A DNA stretch of 64,000 bases, taken from sequence record LR756508.1. One strand, 5' to 3'. Below, piece by piece: positions 9,339-19,365 of this stretch. A model generated the notes under the pieces. That model searched no databases, was not told where the DNA came from, and saw only the letters and a program-made list of their open reading frames with translations. The translations under genes were made by a program, and so were the position numbers. Numbering within the stretch: the first letter of the stretch is position 1; every line of letters starts with the position of its first letter.

Positions 9339-12164
9339 TTAACTTTCTTCAAGAAGTTCTTTAATAAGACCTTTGGTTATATCACTTTCTTTTTCCAATT
9401 CGTTTAAGCCCTCCTCAGTAAGCGATTTTCCTGCGTTTACTTTGCTGGTTACTTTTCTTTTCTTTTCTATCAGCCTGTGAACTTTTTCATCAATAGTATC
9501 GTTTGCGAGAAGGTAATAAATATTCACGGCCTCCTCTTGTGATAACCTGTGTGCCCTCGCCTCCGCTTGATCAACTGCTGCCGGAGACCATGGAAGTTCA
9601 ATAAATGCGACGTGAGAAGCTGCCGTTAATGTAATTCCTTCACCTCCTGCAGCTATGTTTAGGATAATAAGCTGTTCGTTGGGGTCATTTTGAAACTTCT
9701 CGACAATCTCTTGCCTGTCTTCAGAGGGAACCTCCCCAGTTATTTTCAAACAGCCATATTTTTCTTCGATGGCATCGCAGACTGCCGTGTGGTGAGCAAA
9801 GAGTATAAGTTTTTCCTCGGACTTGAGGAAGTTATCAATCCAGTTCGTAATGGGTTTCAATTTTCCTTTGGCAGTTACTTTTCTAAGCTCCGCAAGTTTT
9901 ACCAAGTGTTCGGCCCCGATTGCCTTCGACATAGCCCTCGTAGCCCTCTGTTCTTTGAGCTTTTCTTTTTGGAAGTCGGGGAGGTTCTCAATTTTTTCTT
10001 GAAATTCTTCGTCCTCCAGTGCTTTATCACGGAAGTATTGGACGATGTTGTTTTCAACCTTCCTATACTCACTTCGGTTTTCAATATCAAACTTGACGAC
10101 TTTTCTGCTTTTCTCAGGAAGTTGATCGAGTACGTCTTCTTTGTTTCTGCGAATGTAGCAAGTCGAGATTAGTTTTTCGTGGAGCTCTTCGAGGTTTGAG
10201 GCTCCTGAAATATCCCAGCCCCAGTTATTGCGGTGTGCAGAGCAGAATCTGTTAACATACTCAAACCAGCCGCCAAACTCCTCTTCGAAGACGTCAAGAA
10301 TCTTCAGTTGAGAGATAAGCTCGGAAGGGCGGTTTGTGATGGGAGTTCCAGAAAGAAGAAGCTTGTATGGAACGTCTTCTGATATCTCTTTGAAGTTCTG
10401 CGCCCTAAGACTGTCCTCATTTTTGAGATAGTGGCTCTCGTCAGCCACAATCATTTCCCAGTCTTTATCAAGAAGAGTGTCTTTGTATTTTCTTAGAAGC
10501 GCGTAGTTTATAATAATAACTCTTCTTCGAAATGTTGGGTCGTCGTCGCTTGCGTTGATAATGTTGACAGATCTCTTGCTTGGAAGCCAGTCTTCAACTT
10601 CGTTTTTCCAGTTTTCTTTTAAGGAAGCGGGACAGACAATAAGAGCAGGATACTTTTCTAAGTGTTCTAACGCTCCGAGGGTCTCAATTGTGTTGTGGGT
10701 AAGAACAAAACCATCGGTTGCGTAGAGATTATCCTCCGTCTCAACTGATATGCACTGGACTTCTTCTCTTCCCACTTTTTCTATGGATCTAATGCTTCTT
10801 GAAGGTTCTCTGTTTTGAGGGTTTTTCAGTTTTTCTTTTTTTCTTTTTAACTTGAATGGTTCTATTTCGGATGGAAGCCTAGCATAGAGTCTATATGATC
10901 TTTTTCCTTCTCTTTTTTCTCCATTATGGGTATATTTTGTAACTCTATTCGACATTCTTGCCGTTCCTCCAAGTGACCATATGATTTCTTGGACGTCTTT
11001 AGCGAGCCTCTGAGAAGTTGATGTGTATTGGAACGCAGAGCCCGAAGGAGTTCCATCAGTGTCTAGAAGGCCCTGCAGTATTTCTACTCTCGTTTCAACA
11101 TTATTGAGCTTGTATTTTTTTGGAATAAATTTTTTATCGCTGATCTTATTTTTGAGTCCAAGGTCTCTTATTTTTCGGAAGATTTGATTTTTATAGGTGG
11201 TAGTAGTAACTGAGTAATCATAATCTTTCCAGGACTTACAGCTTTTAATTCTTACGTTTTTTGGTGTCCTGTTCCTGATTTCAGAAATTAAGTCGTCGTC
11301 TTTTGATGAAATTTTTAAATTGTTTTTAGATATCGAGCCGTCTCCAAGAATAGACCCAAGAACATATGGATCTACTGGAACATCTTTTTTCTTATAATTA
11401 ACAGGTTGGGAAATAATAGGAATAAACCATTTTCGATTTCCCATTGTATCTCTTAAATCATTTCTTAATTCTTTTGTTTTCTTAATTCTATGTCCACCGT
11501 TTCTAAATTTCTGATTTAAACGTTGAACTTGCCATAAATGATCTCCACTACATTTGACTGAAGTATCACTAAACTTTATTTCATAGACCTCTTTTTTTCC
11601 TCGTGGATACACTCCTGTAACTTCAGTTGATTTTCCATTGGAGCCTATTATCTCATTTCCAACTTCTATATCTTTCATCTTCTTCCACCCCGAGAGTGTG
11701 GCAAGTTTAGAACTTAGAGGCCCCGCCTTGCCGACCCCCATATGATCACCAATCAAGACCTTTTTATTTTCCTCCACGTATTCAACAGCCACCCGCTGAA
11801 ACGGATAAAGTGATTTTCCCCGCTTCAGCCCATAAACTTTATTAAGATCAGGCTCTTCTTTCGTAGCAAGTTCTTTATTCTTTTCGTACTTGTCGTACTT
11901 TTTTTGTGCCTTTTGTTTCACCGCACCTACCAGCTCTTTAACACTATCTTTCTTAATGGTTAAGTCGTACTTTTGACAGAAAGAGAGAAACTCGACCAGG
12001 TTTCTTTCATTTAGTTTTAGATGCCAGACTTCATTCGTATCATCGAACTGCCTGCCTGTTATATCTTTAACGTCTTCAAGAACTCCCCAGTCAAACTTGA
12101 AGTCAATTTCGAGTTCGTGTTTGTCGAAATCTGATACAGAGATCTCTATATTTTTAGAGGCCAT
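9339..12164 (-). CDS. SNF2/SWI2-family helicase containing an intein
   Basis: LYPFQ Q-motif, GDHMGVGK-[intein]-T Walker A, LIVCPASL, IVADESHYLKN, LLLSGTP, AGGEGITLTAA, QAEARAHRLSQ. Confidence 0.92.
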   Translation of the reverse strand: MASKNIEISVSDFDKHELEIDFKFDWGVLEDVKDITGRQFDDTNEVWHLKLNERNLVEFLSFCQKYDLTIKKDSVKELVGAVKQKAQKKYDKYEKNKELATKEEPDLNKVYGLKRGKSLYPFQRVAVEYVEENKKVLIGDHMGVGKAGPLSSKLATLSGWKKMKDIEVGNEIIGSNGKSTEVTGVYPRGKKEVYEIKFSDTSVKCSGDHLWQVQRLNQKFRNGGHRIKKTKELRNDLRDTMGNRKWFIPIISQPVNYKKKDVPVDPYVLGSILGDGSISKNNLKISSKDDDLISEIRNRTPKNVRIKSCKSWKDYDYSVTTTTYKNQIFRKIRDLGLKNKISDKKFIPKKYKLNNVETRVEILQGLLDTDGTPSGSAFQYTSTSQRLAKDVQEIIWSLGGTARMSNRVTKYTHNGEKREGKRSYRLYARLPSEIEPFKLKRKKEKLKNPQNREPSRSIRSIEKVGREEVQCISVETEDNLYATDGFVLTHNTIETLGALEHLEKYPALIVCPASLKENWKNEVEDWLPSKRSVNIINASDDDPTFRRRVIIINYALLRKYKDTLLDKDWEMIVADESHYLKNEDSLRAQNFKEISEDVPYKLLLSGTPITNRPSELISQLKILDVFEEEFGGWFEYVNRFCSAHRNNWGWDISGASNLEELHEKLISTCYIRRNKEDVLDQLPEKSRKVVKFDIENRSEYRKVENNIVQYFRDKALEDEEFQEKIENLPDFQKEKLKEQRATRAMSKAIGAEHLVKLAELRKVTAKGKLKPITNWIDNFLKSEEKLILFAHHTAVCDAIEEKYGCLKITGEVPSEDRQEIVEKFQNDPNEQLIILNIAAGGEGITLTAASHVAFIELPWSPAAVDQAEARAHRLSQEEAVNIYYLLANDTIDEKVHRLIEKKRKVTSKVNAGKSLTEEGLNELEKESDITKGLIKELLEES
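10692..11726 (-). mobile_element. Class 3 intein (345 aa) with LAGLIDADG homing endonuclease, inserted in Walker A
   Basis: Starts AGPL (Ala1) and ends VLTHN|T. WCT triplet present (HLW in block B, VQCI in block F, THN in block G). LAGLIDADG motifs PYVLGSILGDGSI and LQGLLDTDGT. Confidence 0.88.
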
Positions 12165-12298
12165 AAAATTTAATGGTGATTAGATGTTCCTATGTCTAAC
12201 ACAACTATACATATTGAGAAAAAGCTTCTGAGCTGGGTAAAAAAGATGATCATATTCTATTTATCGCTGAGTTTGCCATAAATTCTCCTTCTCTTTAC

Positions 12299-13717
12299 TA
12301 AGAGTTCAAGAAAGCCTCCGGCTTTAGCCGCAGGATGAATTGAACCGCTACTACTTATTAATAAGTGCTTTCATTGGAATTTTTGTTAAATCAAATGAGG
12401 CTGACGAAAACGCTTAAATTTAAACTCAAAGGTTTAACTGAGCACGAAAAGTACGTTTTAAACCAGACGAGACGTCAGTTTCGAAAGTCTGTCAACTTTT
12501 ATCTATATCAGATTCAAAAGAAGTGCTCCACGACACGAACCGACTATAAAGAAGAATATCAGGAGGCCAGAGACTTATTCCAACTGAACTCAGCTCTGGT
12601 ACAGCAGTCAGAAGCTTTTGCTATAAACCAGTACAAATCTTTTAGAAATAACGAAAATAACGACTGGTTCCCACATTTCAGTTCTTTCGTTGACGTTCGT
12701 TATGATAATAGAACCATAAGCTTCAAAGATAAGAACGAAGAAACAAGCGAAATTGAAGTTTCGCTCGCTACAACACAGAGCCGAGTTGAAGCCACGCTTC
12801 AAGGTGGCAAGTATTGTTTCGAAGAGTTTCAGGCTGGTGAGTTTTGCGATGCCAGGTTGCGACGTCAAGACGGCGATTGGTACCTGAAGATTCACGTCAA
12901 GCGTGAAGCTGAAATCCAAAACGCCCGAGAAGCTGAGTATTACATCGGCCTTGACCTGGGTGTCAACAACCTGGCGACAATTGCAGTTCAAAACAGGGAA
13001 GGCGAGGTCGTCGAGACAAAGTTTTTCGATGGTTCATACGTAAGCGAGAAAAAACGAAGATTCAACGCCAAACGACGTGAATACATGCGAAAAGGCTTGT
13101 GGTCGAAGCTTAAACAAACGAAGGGGAAAGAGAAACGCTTTATCAAAGACGTCAACCACAAGATCTCGAAATACATCAAAGATTTATGTGAGAAATACAA
13201 GAACTCAACGGTTGTCATGGAGAACTTGGATGGCATCCGACAGGGCATGAACTTTAACTCAAAACAAAATAGAAGACTTCATAATTGGAGTTTCGGACAG
13301 CTTCAAGAGTATATCATCTACAAAGCTCATGAGGCTGGAAGCTCCTACCGTCGAGTTCCACCCTTTAACACCTCCAAGGTTTGCGGGAGCTGCTTCGATC
13401 TTATTGATCGAAGCTCGGAAAATAAGATTGTTGGAGCTTGTGAAACCTGCAAGCAAGAGGTGTTGAACGTGGATCTCAACGCAGCAGTCAACATCGTTCA
13501 ACGTTTGTGGTATTACATAACTCAAGACTTTCTTGAGGACACTGCATCACAAACTGAGCTATGTGAATTTAGCTCGGAGGGTTCAAGCTTTGAACCCCAT
13601 CAAGGAAGCTTTGACGGCAGAGTCGACACCGCTGCGGTTGATTCGAAAAATCAGCTCGTGTCGTCATTGAGCTTGAGCTTGTCTTGAAGCCCCCGTCCTT
13701 GGACGGGGGTCATTCAC
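12299..13717 (+). mobile_element. IS200/IS605-family element carrying tnpB only (copy 2)
   Basis: TTAC|taagagttcaag-AAAG-cctccggctttagccgcagg left end; GAAG-cccccgtccttggacggggg-tcat-TCAC right end. Confidence 0.88.
12395..13687 (+). CDS. tnpB: RNA-guided endonuclease TnpB, close paralog of 1936-3228
   Basis: Same RuvC D/E/D and CGSC..CETC motifs; ATG at 12395 (MRLTKTLKFKL) aligns with the start of copy 1. Confidence 0.93.
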   Translation: MRLTKTLKFKLKGLTEHEKYVLNQTRRQFRKSVNFYLYQIQKKCSTTRTDYKEEYQEARDLFQLNSALVQQSEAFAINQYKSFRNNENNDWFPHFSSFVDVRYDNRTISFKDKNEETSEIEVSLATTQSRVEATLQGGKYCFEEFQAGEFCDARLRRQDGDWYLKIHVKREAEIQNAREAEYYIGLDLGVNNLATIAVQNREGEVVETKFFDGSYVSEKKRRFNAKRREYMRKGLWSKLKQTKGKEKRFIKDVNHKISKYIKDLCEKYKNSTVVMENLDGIRQGMNFNSKQNRRLHNWSFGQLQEYIIYKAHEAGSSYRRVPPFNTSKVCGSCFDLIDRSSENKIVGACETCKQEVLNVDLNAAVNIVQRLWYYITQDFLEDTASQTELCEFSSEGSSFEPHQGSFDGRVDTAAVDSKNQLVSSLSLSLS

Positions 13718-13739
13718 AAATCCTCTAAAAAGAGCTAGA

Positions 13740-14975
13740 ATGGCTAAAAAAATAAAATTCAATCCAGACCATCCAGATTTTGAAGATGAAGCTGCGGGTA
13801 ATACTCCTTTTGGCATATACGATAATGATCCTCAGTTTTTAAGGGATGCTCCCAAGGTAAGAGACTGGGTTGCGAGAAGACTTGGCTGGCCTGAAGTTGA
13901 TATCGAGATTAACGAGGAGGATATTTATGCAGCATTTGAAGAGGCAGTGATGGAGTACTCGAAACTTGTTAATGAGTATAATATTATCGATGATCTTTAC
14001 TCTGTAATTGGACAGCCGACCGATCAAGACTTGACGGCAAAGTATGTAAATGCCTCGCGAGTGCCATTTATGGTGAAAATGGCAACAGACTATGGTTCTG
14101 AGGTTGGGGCAGGGGGAGATGTTCATCTTCGAAAAGATTTTATTGAGATTGGGCCGAATCCCGAAAATCTAAATATAGATATGAGAAGGCCATACACTCA
14201 AGATGGCCAGACGTATGATCTGGTGGCCTACATGAAAGATAAGCTCGATACCGAGCGGAATGTAGTTATCAAGGACGTATATCATCACAGGCCGCCAAAG
14301 TGGAGCCTTTATCACTATCACGACAGTTTCGTGACTGGCTTTTTCGGCACGAATATGGCTCAAGCTTATGGGTACGATACGTCAAGCTACTATCTAATGT
14401 ATCCAGTGAATGAGACTCTCTTGAGAACCCAAGCACTTGAGTTTGATGATAAGATTAGAAGGTCTCATTACTCGTTTGAGTTAATAGGAGGAAGAGTTAA
14501 GATTCATCCAGTTCCAAAAGTAAAACAGAGGATGTGGTTTGAATATATGTTCGAGGATGAACTTCGTGGTGGGTCCTCTGAGGGACAGACTCCTACGGTT
14601 ACGAATGGAGTAACTGATGACGAAGGCGCGTTAATTAGCGATATTTCTAACATTCCATATGAAAACCTGCCCTATTTTCACCTTAATGATCACGCCAAAA
14701 GATGGATACTAAGGTATACGCTGGGGATTTCTATGCACAAGCTGGGAGTAGTAAGAAGTAAATACAGCGATATTCCTTCCCCAATTGATAACTTTAGCCT
14801 GGATGGAGATGAGCTACGAAGCGAGGGAGAAGAAATGATGCAGCAGCTCATAGACTCTCTTGAAGAAACGTTAGAGAAACTTTCTAAACAGAATATGCTA
14901 GAGCGTGCCAACCAGGAAGCAAATCAGCTACAAAATTATCTCGCTAAAATTCCGATGAAAATATACACTGGATAA
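13740..14975 (+). CDS. Neck protein (T4 gp13-like)
   Basis: VARRLGWPEVDIEINEE, YTLGISMHKLGVVRSKYSDIP, LDGDELRSEG..LEE, IPMKIYTG; first gene of the neck-sheath block. Confidence 0.8.
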   Translation: MAKKIKFNPDHPDFEDEAAGNTPFGIYDNDPQFLRDAPKVRDWVARRLGWPEVDIEINEEDIYAAFEEAVMEYSKLVNEYNIIDDLYSVIGQPTDQDLTAKYVNASRVPFMVKMATDYGSEVGAGGDVHLRKDFIEIGPNPENLNIDMRRPYTQDGQTYDLVAYMKDKLDTERNVVIKDVYHHRPPKWSLYHYHDSFVTGFFGTNMAQAYGYDTSSYYLMYPVNETLLRTQALEFDDKIRRSHYSFELIGGRVKIHPVPKVKQRMWFEYMFEDELRGGSSEGQTPTVTNGVTDDEGALISDISNIPYENLPYFHLNDHAKRWILRYTLGISMHKLGVVRSKYSDIPSPIDNFSLDGDELRSEGEEMMQQLIDSLEETLEKLSKQNMLERANQEANQLQNYLAKIPMKIYTG

Positions 14976-14985
14976 ATGAGATCTT

Positions 14986-15543
14986 GTGATGGCAGATGAT
15001 AATGGGCAGAGAATAGGAGAAGGGTTTTACATTGGAGATAATGACTTTGAGTTTTTTCAAAGTGTTAATCAGGAATTTATCGAGGAAATTGTCGAAGTTC
15101 CAGTTGGATACTTTAGGGTCTGCCCGTCCAAAACTGAAGTGAATATTTATGGAGAAAGCAAAGAGGGACGGAAACTTTACGAAAAACCTGTTAAGCTTTA
15201 TGCGATTATAAATCCCGAAGACCAGCAGACAGATCAAGGCGAGTTTACGTTTGACGTGGACCGAGACGTGACGTTCGGATTTCAGCGGGAGAGACTTAAA
15301 GACTTTGACTTGTATCCTCAACGAGGCGATCTCATTGAGTTTGATAACGATTATTATGAAATCGATGACGTAGTGGATAACCAGCTTCTTGGAAGCCAGT
15401 GGTTTTACAGGCACTCGGTTGTTGTTAACACTCACGTTGCTCGCCCGACGAATATTTCACTTGTTGACCCCGAGACGCTTGATGTGGTTGATACGATTAA
15501 CGAGGTCGATAATTCTTTTCCAAACAAAGATGATGAATCTTAA
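14986..15543 (+). CDS. Neck/head-completion protein (T4 gp14-like)
   Basis: NIYGES, LYPQRGDLIEFDNDYYEIDDV; synteny after the gp13-like gene. Confidence 0.72.
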   Translation: MMADDNGQRIGEGFYIGDNDFEFFQSVNQEFIEEIVEVPVGYFRVCPSKTEVNIYGESKEGRKLYEKPVKLYAIINPEDQQTDQGEFTFDVDRDVTFGFQRERLKDFDLYPQRGDLIEFDNDYYEIDDVVDNQLLGSQWFYRHSVVVNTHVARPTNISLVDPETLDVVDTINEVDNSFPNKDDES

Positions 15544-16460
15544 TGCGAGACTCTTTTGGAAAAAGAAATAGAGAAGACCCACAGTCTCCAGAAACAGAGG
15601 AGATAGAAGAAAACTCGTTGGACCGCCGAGTTGACCCCGAAAAGGTGAACGTTCCATTTCAGAACAACTTCGACAAAAGACAGATCAACCGAGCGTTCCA
15701 AAGAGACAAGAGGGATAACGACGACGAAAGAAACCCGATCTCAATTGGCCTTGAAGATATTGATAAAGCAATTGAGTATCAGTTCGAAAACAACTTCAAT
15801 TTTCACGTTTCCCAAAACGACGGAAGCGTGCAGGTTCCTATTATTTACGACTCAAGGGAAAGATGGGAGTGGGCGAGGAGAAACCAGGACCTCCGAACTG
15901 TTCACGATAAAGTGATATTCCCTTTAATCACATTCGAAAGAACTTCTGTATCCAGAGACAGCGATAGAGAAAACGCAAATACGTTAACGCAGAGAGTTTT
16001 AAACAGAAATGGAGCGAGCGAAGGAGTTTATCTGGCTTCAACGAGATATTCGAAAAGAAATCGATACGATAACTTTGTAGCTTTAAACAACAGGACTCCA
16101 CAGAGAAACTTTTATATTGTTTCATCTCCAAATTACGTGGAGGTGTCCTACGATTTTACGATTTTTACAGAGTACATGTATCAACTAAACTCGATTACAG
16201 AAGAAATCTCATATCTTTCTAACGAATACTGGGGGAATCCTGATAATAATCTTTTTAAAGTTTTTATTGATAATCTTGACTTAGACGTTCAGATCGAAAA
16301 CGAAGTAAGATATGCCACAGGTACTTTTAGTGCTAACGTCAAAGGCTACCTACTTCCAGAAGACGTCGCAGACGTAGCTACTAACAAGAAGGTTTATAGC
16401 ATTTCTGAAGTTCAATTTGAAGAAACGACTATTCAAGGCGATGAAATAGACAATATCTAA
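15543..16460 (+). CDS. Tail terminator/sheath stabiliser (T4 gp15-like)
   Basis: VQVPIIYDSRERW, FPLITFERTSV, PNYVEVSYDFTIFT, NVKGYLLP; lies between neck and sheath genes. Confidence 0.72.
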   Translation: MRDSFGKRNREDPQSPETEEIEENSLDRRVDPEKVNVPFQNNFDKRQINRAFQRDKRDNDDERNPISIGLEDIDKAIEYQFENNFNFHVSQNDGSVQVPIIYDSRERWEWARRNQDLRTVHDKVIFPLITFERTSVSRDSDRENANTLTQRVLNRNGASEGVYLASTRYSKRNRYDNFVALNNRTPQRNFYIVSSPNYVEVSYDFTIFTEYMYQLNSITEEISYLSNEYWGNPDNNLFKVFIDNLDLDVQIENEVRYATGTFSANVKGYLLPEDVADVATNKKVYSISEVQFEETTIQGDEIDNI

Positions 16461-16462
16461 TT

Positions 16463-18937
16463 ATGCTTACTTTAAACGACGCGACGGGTGATCCAAAGGT
16501 TCAAGTCCGAGGAGATATTGAGTTTGTCGACCAGCCTATCCAAGACAGGACGAACGCACTTATAATAGGTCCAACAGAACAAGGACCTGCATTTGTCCCC
16601 AAAACTCTTAGAAACGAGAGTGAACTGAAAACCATCTTTGGAATAGGAGAAACCTATGTCACGCATGCGGCAAGAAAAGCGTTGGAGGACACGGACAGAA
16701 TTAAGGTCCAAAGAGTCATGCACGAACGGGGGTGGACGGGTGATCCCATAGTTTTGAAGATCGACGTATCTCGAATTAAACCAGTCTCTATAGCAAATCA
16801 AGGACCAGTAGTACCTAATGATGAAGTGGTAGCTGCTGTTCTTAACTTATCCGAGGAGTATAAATCAAAGGTAGATCTGGCGAATACGAAGCTACTAGCT
16901 CCACCGACCCAAATGTCTCCTAATGTGGGTGAGTTTATTTTAGAGTTGAATGATACTAATGGAAACAAGGTCCGCTCGCATAACCTTTCTTTTGACCCAG
17001 CATCACGAAAGTATATTAAGACGGTCGCAGATGAAGAAAACGAGCTGAACCTTTATCTTAATTTTAAGGACACTCAGCAGGAGTTGTTTGGACTGCAGGA
17101 TAATCTTGAAGTAACTCAAAGCTCTACTTTTCAGAACTCTCCGCAAAACTTTTCAAATCAGAAGTGGAAAGAGGCGAGAACGCCTTGGATCGTTTCCCAG
17201 ACAATTGGCGGAAATAAAAGATTTCCTCTTTTTCGTTTTGTATCAAGAGGTGCAGGACAAAGCGAAAACGAACGTTTTAAAATTTCAATTAATCAAATAG
17301 GAGATTTCAGGGAAGATAGCGAATATGGTTTTTTTACGGTTTTAGTGAGGGCTTTTAACGATAATGACTTCAACCAGGAAGTATTAGAACGGTTTGAAGA
17401 TGTTACATTAGATCCGAGTCACGACAGATTTATTGGGAATGTAATTGGAGACAAGTTTGATAGAGCAGAAGGCGGAAAAATCAAACACCGTGGAAGATAT
17501 GAAAATAAATCTGATTATATTCGTGTCGTTTTACACCCTGACAGAAAAAAGGCTGGAGTTGAAGCTCTTCCATATGGGTTTGAACCTTATTCTCCGCCCG
17601 TTAGTAAAGATTTTTTAGACTCAGATATATTTTTCCAAAATATAAAGTATAGAAATGAGCAGTCTGTTGGAAAAATAACAGAGTATATCACCCTCAACAG
17701 GCCAGAATCGGGAGGAAGAGATTTTGAAAAAAATATTCATTTGGGGTTTGATTTTCAGCGGGAAGAAAACATTAGCTGGTTAAACCCAGTTTCGGACTAT
17801 TTTGATACGTGTTTCTGTTACGACTTTTTTAATGACTCAGTCAATCATAATTGTGAAAATGTAAAGGATTATATTGAGAATAGCACGAACCAGTCAGATT
17901 TTCATTTAGAAGATGCTGCAACTCAATCAAATGACTACAGGCCAGACAGCATAGAAAAAAGAAAATTTACAATTGCACTTCAAGGTGGTTTTGATGGAGC
18001 AAATCCGTACCGAAAAAAAGCAAAAGACATGGAAATAACTAGTAAAAATGTCTGGGGGTTTGATCTTTCAAAACAAAACACAACTGATTACAAGTCTTAT
18101 AAAAATGCTCTGGATGTCATTGACGAAAGGGTAGGTGGTTTTAGTTATAACTTACTTAGCTTACCAGGATTAAATCTTGATGACCATGAGTTGCTTCTTT
18201 CGGAGGTAGACAGTATCGCAAGAAAGCGTGGGGACTTTTTTCATGTAGCCGACATAACAGGTTTTGGATCTACGGTACCCCAGGCGATTAACACGAGAAA
18301 CAGATACGACACAAATTATACGGCAGGCTATCTTGGATGGTTGAACGTTGAAGACACTGATCAATTTCACGATCTTGTCCCCGCTTCAGCAGTTTTACCT
18401 GCAGTTTACGTAAGAAGCGATAATATTGACGCCCCCTGGTTTGCTCCTTCAGGTTACAACAGGGGAGTGGTTGAGGATGTTCAGGACGTCAACATAAGGC
18501 GAGGCACCCGAGCAAGAGATGAGTTGTATAATGAGGACATAAATTCAATCTCTTATTTTAATCCAGATCAGATTATTGTATGGGGACAAAAAACGCTCTC
18601 AACCCAGGATTCTGACCTGCATAGAATTAATATTCGGAGACTGCTTATAACAATTAAAACTCAGACTGCTGAAATAGCCAATGAATATTTATTTGAGCAA
18701 CAGAGTCGAGCTACAAAACAAAATTTTGAGAGAAGACTGAGAAGTTATTTAGCAGAAGTGAGATCCAATCAGGGAGTTCAAAACTTCGATCTTTCCTTGA
18801 AGTTTGGAGGGCAGAATTCAAATGAAAAACTATCTCCTTATACGATAGAGGGAAAGATGAGAATAGTGCCGATAGGAGTGGTAGAATATATCCTCATTAA
18901 TTTTACGGTAAGAGAAAACCAGATTATTTTTCAGTGA
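16463..18937 (+). CDS. Tail sheath protein paralog 1 (gp18-like)
   Basis: IIGPTEQGPAFVP, LQGGFDG, APWFAPSGYNRG, VWGQKTL, RINIRRLLI. Confidence 0.85.
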   Translation: MLTLNDATGDPKVQVRGDIEFVDQPIQDRTNALIIGPTEQGPAFVPKTLRNESELKTIFGIGETYVTHAARKALEDTDRIKVQRVMHERGWTGDPIVLKIDVSRIKPVSIANQGPVVPNDEVVAAVLNLSEEYKSKVDLANTKLLAPPTQMSPNVGEFILELNDTNGNKVRSHNLSFDPASRKYIKTVADEENELNLYLNFKDTQQELFGLQDNLEVTQSSTFQNSPQNFSNQKWKEARTPWIVSQTIGGNKRFPLFRFVSRGAGQSENERFKISINQIGDFREDSEYGFFTVLVRAFNDNDFNQEVLERFEDVTLDPSHDRFIGNVIGDKFDRAEGGKIKHRGRYENKSDYIRVVLHPDRKKAGVEALPYGFEPYSPPVSKDFLDSDIFFQNIKYRNEQSVGKITEYITLNRPESGGRDFEKNIHLGFDFQREENISWLNPVSDYFDTCFCYDFFNDSVNHNCENVKDYIENSTNQSDFHLEDAATQSNDYRPDSIEKRKFTIALQGGFDGANPYRKKAKDMEITSKNVWGFDLSKQNTTDYKSYKNALDVIDERVGGFSYNLLSLPGLNLDDHELLLSEVDSIARKRGDFFHVADITGFGSTVPQAINTRNRYDTNYTAGYLGWLNVEDTDQFHDLVPASAVLPAVYVRSDNIDAPWFAPSGYNRGVVEDVQDVNIRRGTRARDELYNEDINSISYFNPDQIIVWGQKTLSTQDSDLHRINIRRLLITIKTQTAEIANEYLFEQQSRATKQNFERRLRSYLAEVRSNQGVQNFDLSLKFGGQNSNEKLSPYTIEGKMRIVPIGVVEYILINFTVRENQIIFQ

Positions 18938-18954
18938 ACTAAAAAAGTGTAGTT

Positions 18955-19245
18955 ATGCCCGATAATATAAAAATGGATGAAAAGGATCTTCAGAAGCTTA
19001 ATGAGATCCAAAAAAGTTTTGACAAACTGACTTACGAGCTTGGCAAGACTCAGTTAAATATAATGCAGGCTCGCGAGCAGTTGGAAAATCATAAAGAAGA
19101 AAAAGACAGGATTCAAGAAGAAATGAACGAGCTAAGAAAAAAATATCAATCTGTTTCTCGGGAACTTCACAAAAAGTATGGTTCTGGAGTTTTTGATTCG
19201 GAGACGGGAGAATTAGTGCAGAGTCAAGACGAAATAACCTCGTAA
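18955..19245 (+). CDS. Small coiled-coil hypothetical protein
   Basis: 96 aa heptad-rich ORF ending KKYGSGVFDSETGE. Confidence 0.7.
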   Translation: MPDNIKMDEKDLQKLNEIQKSFDKLTYELGKTQLNIMQAREQLENHKEEKDRIQEEMNELRKKYQSVSRELHKKYGSGVFDSETGELVQSQDEITS

Positions 19246-19365
19246 ATGAATTTACAACAGGGTCTTTATATTTATCTGTGAAGTTTGGAAACATCTGAGT
19301 TTTGAGTTTGACCTATACTTATTAAATATCTCAAAAAGAGATTTTCGGGTATAGGTCTTATTTAT

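Noticed and set aside
1936-13687. TnpBs as Cas12f CRISPR effectors or as nuclease-dead TldR repressors
   Set aside because: No repeat-spacer array or cas genes are visible, both genes have IS200/605 ends, and all three RuvC acidic residues are intact.
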